Made by a program: the position numbers and the translations under genes. Below, piece after piece: positions 24,335-34,523 of a stretch of 64,000 bases of DNA (the first letter of the stretch is position 1; each line of letters starts with the position of its first letter). The notes beneath the pieces were generated by a model. It was given only the letters and a program-made list of their open reading frames with translations, made no database searches and had not been told where the DNA came from. The DNA is from Sedimentisphaerales bacterium. GTDB lineage: Bacteria; Planctomycetota; Phycisphaerae; Sedimentisphaerales; SM23-30. The stretch covers positions 128,001 to 192,000 of the forward strand of contig CAXXFK010000033.1 of NCBI GenBank assembly GCA_963663965.2. The letters run 5' to 3'.

Positions 24335-27300
24335 ATGCGTATTCACTATAGATGGATGTCGGTAATAATTTTGATCTGTGTGATGGTATGTGCTGGTACA
24401 AGCCTGGAAGAAGGATTTTTGCAGCCACCGCACGAGGCCAGGCCGCAAACCTGGTGGCACTGGATGAATGGGAATGTGACGGCAGAAGGCATAACAGCCG
24501 ATCTGGAGGCGATGGCCCGGGTGGGTATCGGAGGGGTGATGGCCTTCAGTGTGGGATTTGAGGAGCCCGGCCCGGTTCGATATATGTCGCCTGAATGGCA
24601 ACGGCTGATCGTACATGCTGCGGGTGAATGTCAACGGCTTGGACTGGACTTTACCACCCATAATTGCGATGGTTGGAGTACGACCGGCGGGCCCTGGATT
24701 ACGCCGGAAAAATCGATGCAGAAACTGGTCTGGAGTGAATGTCAGATCGATGGCGGCCGGCTTGTGGATGAGGTGTTGCCACATCCACCGGTGGTACATG
24801 GCTTATTTCAGGATGTCTGTCAGCGTTCATTTGAGCAGTTCTCTTTATCGCAAGCAAAGACAGGAACTTATTATCAGGATGTGGCGGTACTGGCATTTCC
24901 GTCGATCAAGCAGGATCCAGATATTTCTGTCTATCGACCGGATGTGATTACGGATGTGCCGGGTTTGCCGTTGCGTCATCTGATCGATGGCGATGTGAAC
25001 ACCACGATTGAGATGCCGGGCCCGGCTCCGGGCCAGACCCATTATATTCAGTTTAACTTTACGGCGCCATTTACCTGCCGGTCGGTGACCTGGCTGGGCG
25101 ATCATTATTTGATGCCGGGGGAGGGTGTATTTCAATATAGTCATGATGGTGAGCATTTTGTGGATATCTGCCCGATTGCCATGCCGGGATTCTGGGCCCG
25201 ATTTATTCCCAATACGTTTTCTTTTGAGCCGGTGACCGCGCGTTATTTTCGGTTTGTGTGCACCAAACCGGGTTTGATCGGGAAGTTTGGCCTGGCTGAG
25301 TTGAGGTTGTCCAGCCAACCTTATCTTCACGCCTGGCAGAATAAGGCGGGCTTTGGCGTTATTGCCACACACGAAACTCCCGTGGCGGCCGTTCCGGCAG
25401 ATTATATTGTTTCACGCAAACAGGTCATTGATTTGACCGACAAAATGAGTGTGGAAGGTCAGCTGAACTGGCAGGCGCCGCCGGGTAACTGGACGATTCT
25501 TCGCTTTGGGTATACCCCTACCGGGACTAAGAACCGGCCGGCCACGCCTGAAGGCACGGGGCTGGAATGCGACAAGCTGAGTCAGGAGGCGGTTCGGTTT
25601 CATTTTTCGCAGGTCATGGCGAAGCTGCTGGCGCAATGCGGCCCGGCGCAAAAAGGCGGCATGACGGGGATGCTGGTAGATAGCTGGGAAGCGTTTTTTC
25701 AGAACTGGACACAACAGATGCCGGCGGAGTTCAAGCAACGCCGGAATTATAACCTGATCAGCTGGTTGCCGGTGTTGGCGGGTTATGTTGTCGGCAGTGT
25801 GGATGAATCAGAGCGTTTTCTGGACGATTTTCGCAGAACCCTCAGCGATATGCTGGTGGAAAATTATTTTGATGTTCTGGCGCAACTGGCGCATGAAAAC
25901 GGTTTGAAACTGGTCACGGAAATCTATGGCAATACGATCGCTGTCGATACGTTTCGCGCCCAACGGGCGGCGGATATTTCCATGGGAGAGTTCTGGCTGA
26001 GGCCGGGCGCCGATGAATTCGCCTGGAACTGCAAAGAGACGGCTTCCTGTGCCCATGTCTATGGCAGAATTATTGTGGGCGCGGAATCGTTTACCTGCGG
26101 GCCGCATAACCGTACCAACTGGAATGAGACGCCTTATGATATGAAAGCGGTGGGGGATATGCATCTGGCGGCCGGAATCAATCGCATCGTCTTTCACACC
26201 TCCAGTCATCAACCCTGGCTGGATCGATATCCCGGCATGACATTCGGGCCTCACGGGATCCATTTTGAGCGTACCCAGACCTGGTGGGAGCAAAGCCGGG
26301 CCTGGCTGGATTATCTGGCCCGATGTCAATATTTACTGATGCAGGGAGTGCCAGTAGTTGATGTCTGTTATTTTCTGGGTGAAGAGATTCCCAATACATT
26401 GCCTCCCCGTGATGAATTGTGGCTGGAATTGCCGGAGGGCTACGAATATGATGGGTGTAATGCCGAAGCACTCCAGACGCGAATGAAGGTTCGGAATGAA
26501 CGTCTTGTCATGCCGGATGGTATGAGCTATGCGATTTTACTGTTACCCCGGGAATATCGGATTTCTGATCGTACCATGATGAAACTGGATCAATTATTGA
26601 GCGATGGGGCGATTCTGGTCGGGCCGCCCCCGCGGGGAGTTGCGGGATTATCCGGCTATCCTGACAGCCAAACCAATGTGGCCGACCTGGCTAATACCAT
26701 GTGGGGCAAATGTGATGGGAAAAGCAAAACGATTAATTACTATGGCAAAGGTAAAGTTATTTATGGCCAGGATCTGAAGCAGATCTTCCAATCCATGAAA
26801 TTGCATCCAGATTTTATCTGGCGTTCGGATAATCCCAAGGCCCGTCTGAGTTATAATCATCGGGTGGAGAATGATACTGATATTTATTTTCTGGCTACTG
26901 AGAACCGTGAATGTGCCCGGTTTGAATGCAGTTTTCGCATCAAGGACCGTCAGCCCGAAATCTGGCATCCAGATACGGGCCAAATTGAGCGTCCGGCAGA
27001 TTTTCGCCAGGAAAATGGACTTACGAACATTACAATTGATTTTGAACCCTCCGGATCCATGTTTGTTATTTTCCGCAAGCCAGCCATTTCCAAACCATTG
27101 CATTGGAAACAAGCCGGTCCTGTTTCAGTGGAACTCCCAGGTGAAGCGCTTAGATTAAATAAAAACGGACATTATGAGTTCAGTGTGTTTCAAAATGGTA
27201 AATGGAATTTTAAGACGACTGATGAAAGATCGTTGTTGATCGAAATGGACGATTTGCCGGCAGTTTCACATTTGAATATTCCCTGGCAGGTGACTTTTGA

Positions 27301-27784
27301 TCCAAGATGGGGAGGACCTGGTCAGGTTACATTTGATCACTTGCAATCGTGGTCGGAACATCCTGATGAAGGGATAAAATACTATTCTGGGACCGCGGTG
27401 TATCGGTCGCATTTTGATGTGCCGGACAGCCTTATCAATCAGGCAGATGCATTGATATTGGATCTTGGAGAGATTGCCGATATGGCCGAAGTTAAACTGA
27501 ATGGTTACGATTTTGGAATACTCTGGAAGCCTCCCTATCGTAAGGAGGTGACCAGCGCCTTACGTTCTGAAAACAATCAAATCGAAATCCGGATTACGAA
27601 TGTCTGGCGAAATCGATTAATCGGGGACAGTCAAAGGGCTCCCGATCGGCGAATCACCTGGTATTCCTGGCATGAAAAATACTATACTCCTGATTCGCCG
27701 CTTCAGCCGGCCGGAATGATCGGGCCTGTCCGGCTCATTCCTGGGAAAATAATGGTTATTCAGCCCAAGAAAATCGTCCGATAA
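24335..27784 (+). CDS. GH106 alpha-L-rhamnosidase-like glycoside hydrolase with inserted F5/8-type (discoidin-like) module
   Basis: RPQTWWHWMNGNVTAEGITADLEAM, GLECDKLS, VDSWE, GEFW, AESFT, YYSGTAVY, NVWRNRLIGD. Confidence 0.9.
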   Translation: MRIHYRWMSVIILICVMVCAGTSLEEGFLQPPHEARPQTWWHWMNGNVTAEGITADLEAMARVGIGGVMAFSVGFEEPGPVRYMSPEWQRLIVHAAGECQRLGLDFTTHNCDGWSTTGGPWITPEKSMQKLVWSECQIDGGRLVDEVLPHPPVVHGLFQDVCQRSFEQFSLSQAKTGTYYQDVAVLAFPSIKQDPDISVYRPDVITDVPGLPLRHLIDGDVNTTIEMPGPAPGQTHYIQFNFTAPFTCRSVTWLGDHYLMPGEGVFQYSHDGEHFVDICPIAMPGFWARFIPNTFSFEPVTARYFRFVCTKPGLIGKFGLAELRLSSQPYLHAWQNKAGFGVIATHETPVAAVPADYIVSRKQVIDLTDKMSVEGQLNWQAPPGNWTILRFGYTPTGTKNRPATPEGTGLECDKLSQEAVRFHFSQVMAKLLAQCGPAQKGGMTGMLVDSWEAFFQNWTQQMPAEFKQRRNYNLISWLPVLAGYVVGSVDESERFLDDFRRTLSDMLVENYFDVLAQLAHENGLKLVTEIYGNTIAVDTFRAQRAADISMGEFWLRPGADEFAWNCKETASCAHVYGRIIVGAESFTCGPHNRTNWNETPYDMKAVGDMHLAAGINRIVFHTSSHQPWLDRYPGMTFGPHGIHFERTQTWWEQSRAWLDYLARCQYLLMQGVPVVDVCYFLGEEIPNTLPPRDELWLELPEGYEYDGCNAEALQTRMKVRNERLVMPDGMSYAILLLPREYRISDRTMMKLDQLLSDGAILVGPPPRGVAGLSGYPDSQTNVADLANTMWGKCDGKSKTINYYGKGKVIYGQDLKQIFQSMKLHPDFIWRSDNPKARLSYNHRVENDTDIYFLATENRECARFECSFRIKDRQPEIWHPDTGQIERPADFRQENGLTNITIDFEPSGSMFVIFRKPAISKPLHWKQAGPVSVELPGEALRLNKNGHYEFSVFQNGKWNFKTTDERSLLIEMDDLPAVSHLNIPWQVTFDPRWGGPGQVTFDHLQSWSEHPDEGIKYYSGTAVYRSHFDVPDSLINQADALILDLGEIADMAEVKLNGYDFGILWKPPYRKEVTSALRSENNQIEIRITNVWRNRLIGDSQRAPDRRITWYSWHEKYYTPDSPLQPAGMIGPVRLIPGKIMVIQPKKIVR

Positions 27785-27800
27785 TTAGTTAAGAAATTAT

Positions 27801-27872
27801 AAAAAAAATCCCGCCTCTGAGGCAGGTTTGTTCGGACTCTGACATGTCCAGGAGATCATGAAGAAGAAGTAC
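27801..27872 (-). ncRNA. Candidate small RNA, copy 1
   Basis: On the minus strand: TTGCCC-N17-TATATT promoter (27905-27877), ACTTCTTCTTCATGATCTCC 5' segment, GGAC/GTCC hairpin, CCTGCCT-CAG-AGGCGGG hairpin plus T8 terminator. Paralog lies 246 bp away. Confidence 0.65.
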
Positions 27873-28046
27873 AGTAAATATAATATTTAAATTAACCTGG
27901 GGCAAATTTTGCCGTTGATAAAATGCATATTTTTATAATCTGGCGTATGTAAACACTTAGGTTTAAATTTCTTAGATTGAATTGAAGCGAGTCGGAAAAG
28001 TATTTACAGGTCTTTAGTCATGGTCCGATAATCAGATTTTTTAGAC

Positions 28047-28124
28047 AAAAAAAATCCCACCTCTGAGGCAGGCTTGTTTGGACTCTGACATGTCCTGGAG
28101 AATTATATAATGAAGAAGAAGTAC
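28047..28124 (-). ncRNA. Candidate small RNA, copy 2
   Basis: On the minus strand: TTGCCT-N17-TATACT promoter (28157-28129) in the same register as copy 1; same 5' ACTTCTTCTTCAT, same hairpin, terminator plus T8. Confidence 0.65.
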
Positions 28125-28255
28125 TTATAGTATAAAAAATAAATCTAAATAAGGCAAATCGAACGGGATATTTTTTTGAGATGAAATTTGAGTCAAGTCG
28201 ATTCTATTTGAAATTATACCCATCCCGTTATGGTGCATTTCAAATCAAGAGGGAA

Positions 28256-28622
28256 CCTGAATGAACGTTTAAAAAACCCGGGAAAACCGGTGATTGATGA
28301 TGAAGAACTCCACCCTGTGTCATAAACGCAGGGGGTGTGGTATTTTGATCAATCTGTGGTTATTTGTCTGCTGAAATCTTCAGGAGACGTTTGCCCATTT
28401 TTTGTAGGAAAATTGGGGTAACTTATTGGATTTCGCTGAGTTAGCGCTCGACTTCCTGAAGTGTAACGCCCCGAAAAAGTCCGGGTGTGAATGGCCGTTC
28501 TAGACTCAGACTCATCAGCCAATTTCTGATTCAGGAATTTGTCTGATGGAATAAGAGTCAGTCATTTAAACATATTAATGGTCGGGCATGAGTTGTCATG
28601 TCTGGCCATTTTATTCTTCAGG
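28256..28622 (+). ncRNA. Candidate ~370-nt highly structured RNA of unknown class
   Basis: Nested helices closed by CCTGAA/TTCAGG; the non-canonical pairs are G-U on the plus strand; no ORF of 60 codons or more. Confidence 0.5.
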
Positions 28623-28625
28623 CAT

Positions 28626-28651
28626 AAAAAAGGCCGACTTAAGGGTCGGCC
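28626..28651 (-). terminator. Rho-independent terminator (minus strand; possibly bidirectional)
   Basis: GGCCGAC-N6-GTCGGCC followed by T6 on the minus strand. Confidence 0.8.
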
Positions 28652-28749
28652 GTTAGAAGAGGATTCGTTTATAGGATTCAAATTTTGGATTTATAACATG
28701 TTTTGCTAATTACTAGTTCTCTAATATTTGTTTGTTATTTTCCTTTTGA

Positions 28750-29040
28750 TTAATTTGAAGGCGGCCCATGCGCCTGAAATGAGCCAATTTGATCAAGTTC
28801 TTCCCTTTTTACATTAAATTCCCATAGGGGATTGGATTCCGCTTTCCTGGTGGCAATTGATTGTGTCCAGGATTGCTGACGATTAGATACATTTATTTCC
28901 CAATCGGGCGAGTTAGAAAGTAATTTAGTTTGGGAATCTGGATAATTATGTTTGAACCAGAATTCAATGGATCTAATAATCCGAAACAGACTCAGATAAA
29001 ACAGGAAAACCGGTCTTGGCATGTCGTATTGGGTTCCCAT
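28750..29040 (-). CDS. Hypothetical protein (96 aa)
   Basis: AGGAG RBS upstream of ATG and a downstream terminator; no recognisable motif. Confidence 0.45.
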   Translation of the reverse strand: MGTQYDMPRPVFLFYLSLFRIIRSIEFWFKHNYPDSQTKLLSNSPDWEINVSNRQQSWTQSIATRKAESNPLWEFNVKREELDQIGSFQAHGPPSN

Positions 29041-29294
29041 TTTTTATCTCCTATTAGGGATTACAATAACTCATCTGCCAGTTTTACATTTTCCATCCAG
29101 TATTCGGGATTCATTTCGTCAAGATGATGACATTTCGATAAAGGAAAAATTTAAAATTTATGCCTGTTCGGTTTCATGAATATGATAAAATGCCCGATAA
29201 CACGGCCTGAAACTGGTTATAAGGGCTGAGATCAGTATTGATAGTGGCATCTGATATAACAGAAAGCTTTAATAGTATTTTTGAAAAATTATGT

Positions 29295-30167
29295 ATGGCT
29301 ATCCCAGTAAAAAAAATAACCGATAACCCCGCGCAACTTGCCGAATCTCCTGTGTGGGATCCGATCCGGCAGGTTTTATATTGGACTGATATTCCGGCAG
29401 GTCAGGTATGGAAATATGATCCAGACTGTGGCCGAAGTGAAATGGTCTGGCAGGGAACCATGATGATTGGTGGTTTAACTCTGGCTGAGGCTGGATTGAT
29501 TTTGTATGGTAATCAAGGGATCTGGCGGGGATACTGGCAGGCTGATGGTACACTGGGAGGGCTGATATCCATTTTTGATATAAAACTGGCAGGGGATGAA
29601 CGATTTAATGATGTCATAGCGGATCCAAGAGGTCGTGTTTTTGCTGGAACCTTGACAGAAAGAAGAGCCGATTGTTCACTATTTTTGCTAAAAAAGGGCT
29701 GCCCAGAGATGCGAGTGTTATCTGATATTGGTAATTCAAACGGCCTGGGCTTTTCGCCTGATTTGAAGTGGCTGTATCATACCGATACCCAGATCAGAAC
29801 GATAAAACGATATGAATATGATATTGAGAGCGGCCGGATTGAGCATCCAAAATTAGTATTTGAGGGGAAGGAAGAAAACGGCAAGCCTGACGGTATGACG
29901 GTAGACTGTGAAGGATGTCTCTGGGTGGCCTGTTATTATGCCGGGAAGGTTTTAAGGTTGGATTCTGATGGTAACTTGTTGAAAGAAATAGAGATACCTG
30001 CAAAGAATGTTACCAGCGTCGCTTTTGGAGGATCGGATTTCCAGGATCTTTATATTACCACTGCCCGCAATAAATCCACCAGTCATGCGTCTGATGGAGG
30101 GGGGAATCTCTATTGTTGTACTCCCGGGGTGAAAGGTCGGGCAGAATGGATTGCGCAGATTGGATGA
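29295..30167 (+). CDS. SMP-30/gluconolactonase/LRE family sugar lactonase
   Basis: LAESPVWD, RFNDVIADPRGR, SNGLGFSPD, KPDGMTVDCEG, VTSVAFGG, LYITTA. Confidence 0.93.
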   Translation: MAIPVKKITDNPAQLAESPVWDPIRQVLYWTDIPAGQVWKYDPDCGRSEMVWQGTMMIGGLTLAEAGLILYGNQGIWRGYWQADGTLGGLISIFDIKLAGDERFNDVIADPRGRVFAGTLTERRADCSLFLLKKGCPEMRVLSDIGNSNGLGFSPDLKWLYHTDTQIRTIKRYEYDIESGRIEHPKLVFEGKEENGKPDGMTVDCEGCLWVACYYAGKVLRLDSDGNLLKEIEIPAKNVTSVAFGGSDFQDLYITTARNKSTSHASDGGGNLYCCTPGVKGRAEWIAQIG

Positions 30168-30201
30168 ACTTACATTTTCTGTTATCAAAAGGATATTCTT
30201 A

Positions 30202-33200
30202 ATGACGCTCAAGCGACCGGCTGTAAAACAATTCAATTTAACTCTTTTATGCGGTGTTGTTTTTTTGTTCTGTGTGATGGCACCCCGTATGCTTCAGGGA
30301 GCCCCCAAAGACCGTATTGCCAGCCAAATGGTATCACTGAAATTGGCGATTAAGGATTTAATGGATCAATATGGCAGCCAATATCCTGCAGGTTCAGATT
30401 ATCTGAAGCGTCTGGCAGAGCTGGAGAGATTGGCTAACGAAAATGGTAAAAAGGCCATTGATACATTCTACACTCTTCAGAGGGAGGCCTTACTTACTAA
30501 TCCGTTACTTGACTTTGAGCAGGTATTGGTTGTCCAACGTAAACTGGGGGGGCAGAATATTGGATTGCCGCAGAACTGGCAGGGCAATTGCGCTCTGCCG
30601 CGTAATGGTTACGATGACGGAGTGGTTCGTTTAAACCTAAAAGATGGAACTCTTCAGGATGTGTTTCGTCCGCTACAACCCAGTTTTGTTGGGGATGTCG
30701 ATCTGCATTGGGATGGTGATCGATTTTTATTTTCCATGCTGGACTCCAACCAGCGTTGGCAGGTCTGGGAATACGAGCTTACCTCCAGGCAATTGCGGCC
30801 GGTAACCACCTCAGTTAAAGGCGATTACGATAATTATGATGGTTGCTACCTGCCGGATAATCGAATGGTGTTTGCCTCGACCCGGGTTTTTCAGGGGGTT
30901 CCTTGTGTGGGTGGTGGAAATTGGGTGGCCAATCTTTTTTTGTGTCAGAATGATGGCAGTGGTATTCGCCGCTTGTGTTTTGATCAGGACCATAACTGGT
31001 GCCCATCGGTAATGCCGGATGGCCGGATATTATATACCCGTTGGGAATACTCCGATACATCACATTACTTTACCCGTCTGCTCATGGCCATGAATCCGGA
31101 TGGAACGAATCAGATGTCATATTATGGCAGTAATTCCTACTGGCCCAATTCGTTATTTTATGCACGATCCATTCCGGGCAGTTCCACCAAATTTGTCGGG
31201 ATCGTATCCGGCCATCATGGCGTAGCCCGAATGGGTGAATTGCATCTGTTTGATACTGCCCGAGGCCAGTTTGAGGCGGATGGCGTGATCCAGCAGATAC
31301 CCGGTTATGGCAAAAAAGTTCAGGCGAAGATTGAGGATCAACTGGTGAATGGTTCCTGGCCCAAGTTTTTACATCCCTGGCCACTGAGTGAAAAATATTT
31401 CCTCGTTGCCATGCAACCTGACGCTCGATCCTTGTGGGGAATTTATCTGGTCGATATTTTCGATAATATGGTTCTGCTAAAAGAGTTGGATGGATACGCT
31501 CTGTTTGAACCGGTTCCCTTGACCAGGCGGCCGGTACCTTCGGTTATTCCGGATCGAATCGATCCGCAACTCAAAGAAGCAAAAGTATATCTGACGGATG
31601 TTTATTTTGGCCCTGGCTTATATGGGGTGCCTCGGGGCACCATTAAGAATCTGAGAATTTTCGCGTTTCATTATGCGTATCCCCAAATGGGTGGCCATAA
31701 GAATATTGCCGTTGAAGGAACCTGGGATGTCCATCGCATATTAGGAACCGTGCCGGTGGAGACGGATGGGTCGGCATTTTTCCAGGTACCGGCCAACACA
31801 CCCCTGGCAGTACAACCTCTGGATGAAAAGGGAAGGGCCGTGCAAGTCATGCGCAGCTGGTTTACTGCCATGCCGGGTGAGACGATCAGTTGTATTGGCT
31901 GCCATGAGCGGAGCAATAGTGTGCCGCCCAGCCGGGAAACCATTGCCGCAAGACGCCAGCCCGATACTATTAAAGAATGGTATGGTCCGGCACGCGGTTT
32001 TAGTTTTAAGCGTGAAGTGCAACCGGTATTGGATAAATATTGTGTCGGATGTCATGATGGTTCTGATCCGGAATTGCCTGATCTGGCCCGGAAAGATAAA
32101 AATGGCTGGGGCAATTTTACGCCATCGTATCTGGAGTTGCATCGCTGGGTGCGGCGGCCCGGTCCGGAAAGCGATTATCATTTGGAACAGCCAATGGAAT
32201 ATCATGCTTCCACCAGTGAACTGGTCCAGATGCTGGAGAAGGGGCATCATGGTGTGAGCCTGGATCGGGAGGCCTGGGACCGCCTGTTTACCTGGATCGA
32301 CTTAAATGTTCCTGACCATGGTTCCTGGAAAGAGCATCATCGTATTGCCTCAAACTTTGAGCAGAGACGACTGGAAACAGATTGTCAATATTCCGGCTAT
32401 TCAGACGATATGGAAGATGAAAGTACCGGATATGGTCCTCAAGTGGCTTATGTTGAGCCGGAAGAGCCCGACTGGCCAGAGGATATAACCCTGCCGGGAT
32501 GGCCGGTTATGAATGATCAGGCTCAAAAAATGCAACAACAGGCTGCCCGGGATATTCGTAAAACAGTGGATCTGGGCGAGGGAATCAAACTCGAACTGGC
32601 CTTGATTCCGGCAGGGACCATGATTATGGGAAGTACCAATGGGTATCGGGACGAACTGCCTCGCAAGGTGGTTGTGATCGAACAACCGTTCTGGATGGCA
32701 GTTTACGAGACTACCAATGAACAGTTCAAACGTTTTGATCCGGATCATTTCAACGGTTATGTCAATCAGCAACATAAAGATCATACGACTCCGGGCTATC
32801 CGATGGGTGATCCGCAATTTCCCGTTGTGCGGGTGTCGCAACAACATGCCATGGATTATTGCCGCTGGCTGAGTGAAAAAACCGGTCTGAAATTCTCATT
32901 ACCCAGTGAAAAGCAGTGGGAATGGGCATGTCGGGCGGGTACGGATACTGAGTATAGTTATGGTAACGATGCCGCTCATGCGACCTATGCCAATCTGGCA
33001 GACCATTCTATCCAATTGCTGGCAGTTACGGGTGTGAATCCCAGTCCCATAGCCAATCCCAATCGCTATGAAGACTGGTTGCCCAAAATCGATGCAATCG
33101 ACGACGGTCAGAAAATAATCTGTGCGGTCGGGCAGTATCAGCCTGAATCGTTGGGGGGTGTACGATATGCACGGAAATATTTGGGAGTGGACAAGCAGCC

Positions 33201-33382
33201 AATACTGGGCGGATGACGCTCGAGTGACTGCCCGGGGTGGTTCCTGGTATGACCGGCCCAAACGCGCCCGTTCTTCCGTTAGAATACCCTATGAATCATG
33301 GCAAAAGGTATTCAATACCGGTTTTCGGGTCATTTGTGAATTTCAAACCCAGAACCAGGATGTTAAAATCGCGGAAAAGTAA
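30202..33382 (+). CDS. Secreted HzsA-related beta-propeller/c-type heme protein fused to a C-terminal FGE-sulfatase (SUMF1) domain; one +1 frameshift near 33145
   Basis: DGRILYTRWEYSD, GTVPVETDGSA, CIGCH and CVGCH heme motifs, LPSEKQWEWACRAG. The FGE motif NRWGVYDMHGNIWEW...RGGSW...GFRV continues in another frame (ORF 33122..33382). Confidence 0.82.
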
Positions 33383-33535
33383 CTCGATTAAGCATAGATC
33401 TGGCGTTACAATAGAGTTCACCTGAAGAAACAGACCAGATAAAAGAATCTTTGAAGATCAATGTATCCGGAATTATTATTGATGTATTATCAAATAGAGG
33501 ATGTCGTCATAAGATAGCACTCGATAGGTGGTATT

Positions 33536-34455
33536 ATGAAAAAAAATATTCATCATGCTAAGTTTGGTGATAGCCCTTGCAGGGCTGGGTTGTAAGGAGA
33601 AAGCGCCCTCCGGAAACTCGCCGGTTTCTGAATCCGGGCCGGGGGATGTTGGACGCTGGTCACTCCATTTGGTTAATGAGATCAACGCAGATTTTAAAGT
33701 GCCGGAATCTGTCGTTGTATTGCCTGATTCTGATGCTATATTCATCTCGAATGTCCAGACCGACAATGAAGGCTATTGGGAAAAAGATAGTACCGGATTC
33801 ATTACCCGGGCCCAAACGGATGGGACCATCACCGCATTACGCTGGATCGATAGTTCGCCAGAATTTTTGCTCCACGGTCCCAAAGGGCTGGCAATTATGT
33901 CATGGCAAGCTGTATTTCAGTGATCAAACGGAATTGAAACGGTGCGATATCGAGACCGGGGATAATCTGGAATCGGTTGTGGCAATCAGTGGTCAACAAC
34001 TCAACGACGTCGCGACCGATGGCCAATCGATTTTTGTGACGGATATGGGAACCGGTTCAATTATGCAATTAATGCCGGATGGTCAGGTTAAAACCCTGAA
34101 AGGTCCCGATCATGTCAACGGGGTTACTGTCTGGCAGGGTAACATCTTTGCGGTCAGTTGGGGCAGTCATGACTTATATGAAGTCGATCCTGCGGGCAAA
34201 GACCCGGCCGTTCCGTTTGGTCTGTCGGGCCATTTTACCACTCTGGATGGCATTGAAATACTTTCTGATGGCACCTTTATCGTTTCAGATTTTCAAGGTA
34301 ATAAAGTCTGTGCGGTGACACCAGACCGCAAGGAAGTTTATACCCTGGCCGAACTGGAGAGTCCGGCGGATATCGGCATTGATCGTGAAAAGGGATTATT
34401 GTTTGTACCGCAATTTATGCGAGACAAAATAAAAGTATATCAGATAAAAAAATAG
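33536..34455 (+). CDS. Beta-propeller lipoprotein (SMP-30/NHL-like), split by two +1 frameshifts (about 33540 and 33895)
   Basis: Removing one A from the A8 run gives MKKIFIMLSLVIALAGLGC (lipobox). PESV..., GPKGLAI joins CHGKLYFSD..., LNDVA, LDGIE, PADIG across ORFs 33555..33923 and 33577..34455. Confidence 0.75.
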
Positions 34456-34523
34456 TAATGTAATCACGTATTTTCTGGCAGAATATAAACCCATTGTATA
34501 GTGTATTAATTCAGGAGATTATT

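Noticed and set aside
27801..28124. CRISPR array or plus-strand micro-ORFs (MKKKYSKYNI, MKKKYL) in the duplicated element
   Set aside because: Only two copies 246 bp apart and no cas genes. The micro-ORFs differ in length and RBS spacing, while promoter, G-U pairs and T-run all point to the minus strand.
28473..28485. GAAAAAGTCCGGG resembling the RNase P GAGGAAAGTCCGGG motif
   Set aside because: The motif is imperfect, and the matching 3' ACAGAA.CCGGCTTA and other conserved RNase P blocks are absent
30202..33382. Anammox (hydrazine synthase) capability
   Set aside because: No hzsB/hzsC or hao-like neighbours; the FGE fusion and sugar-catabolic context fit the non-anammox homologs
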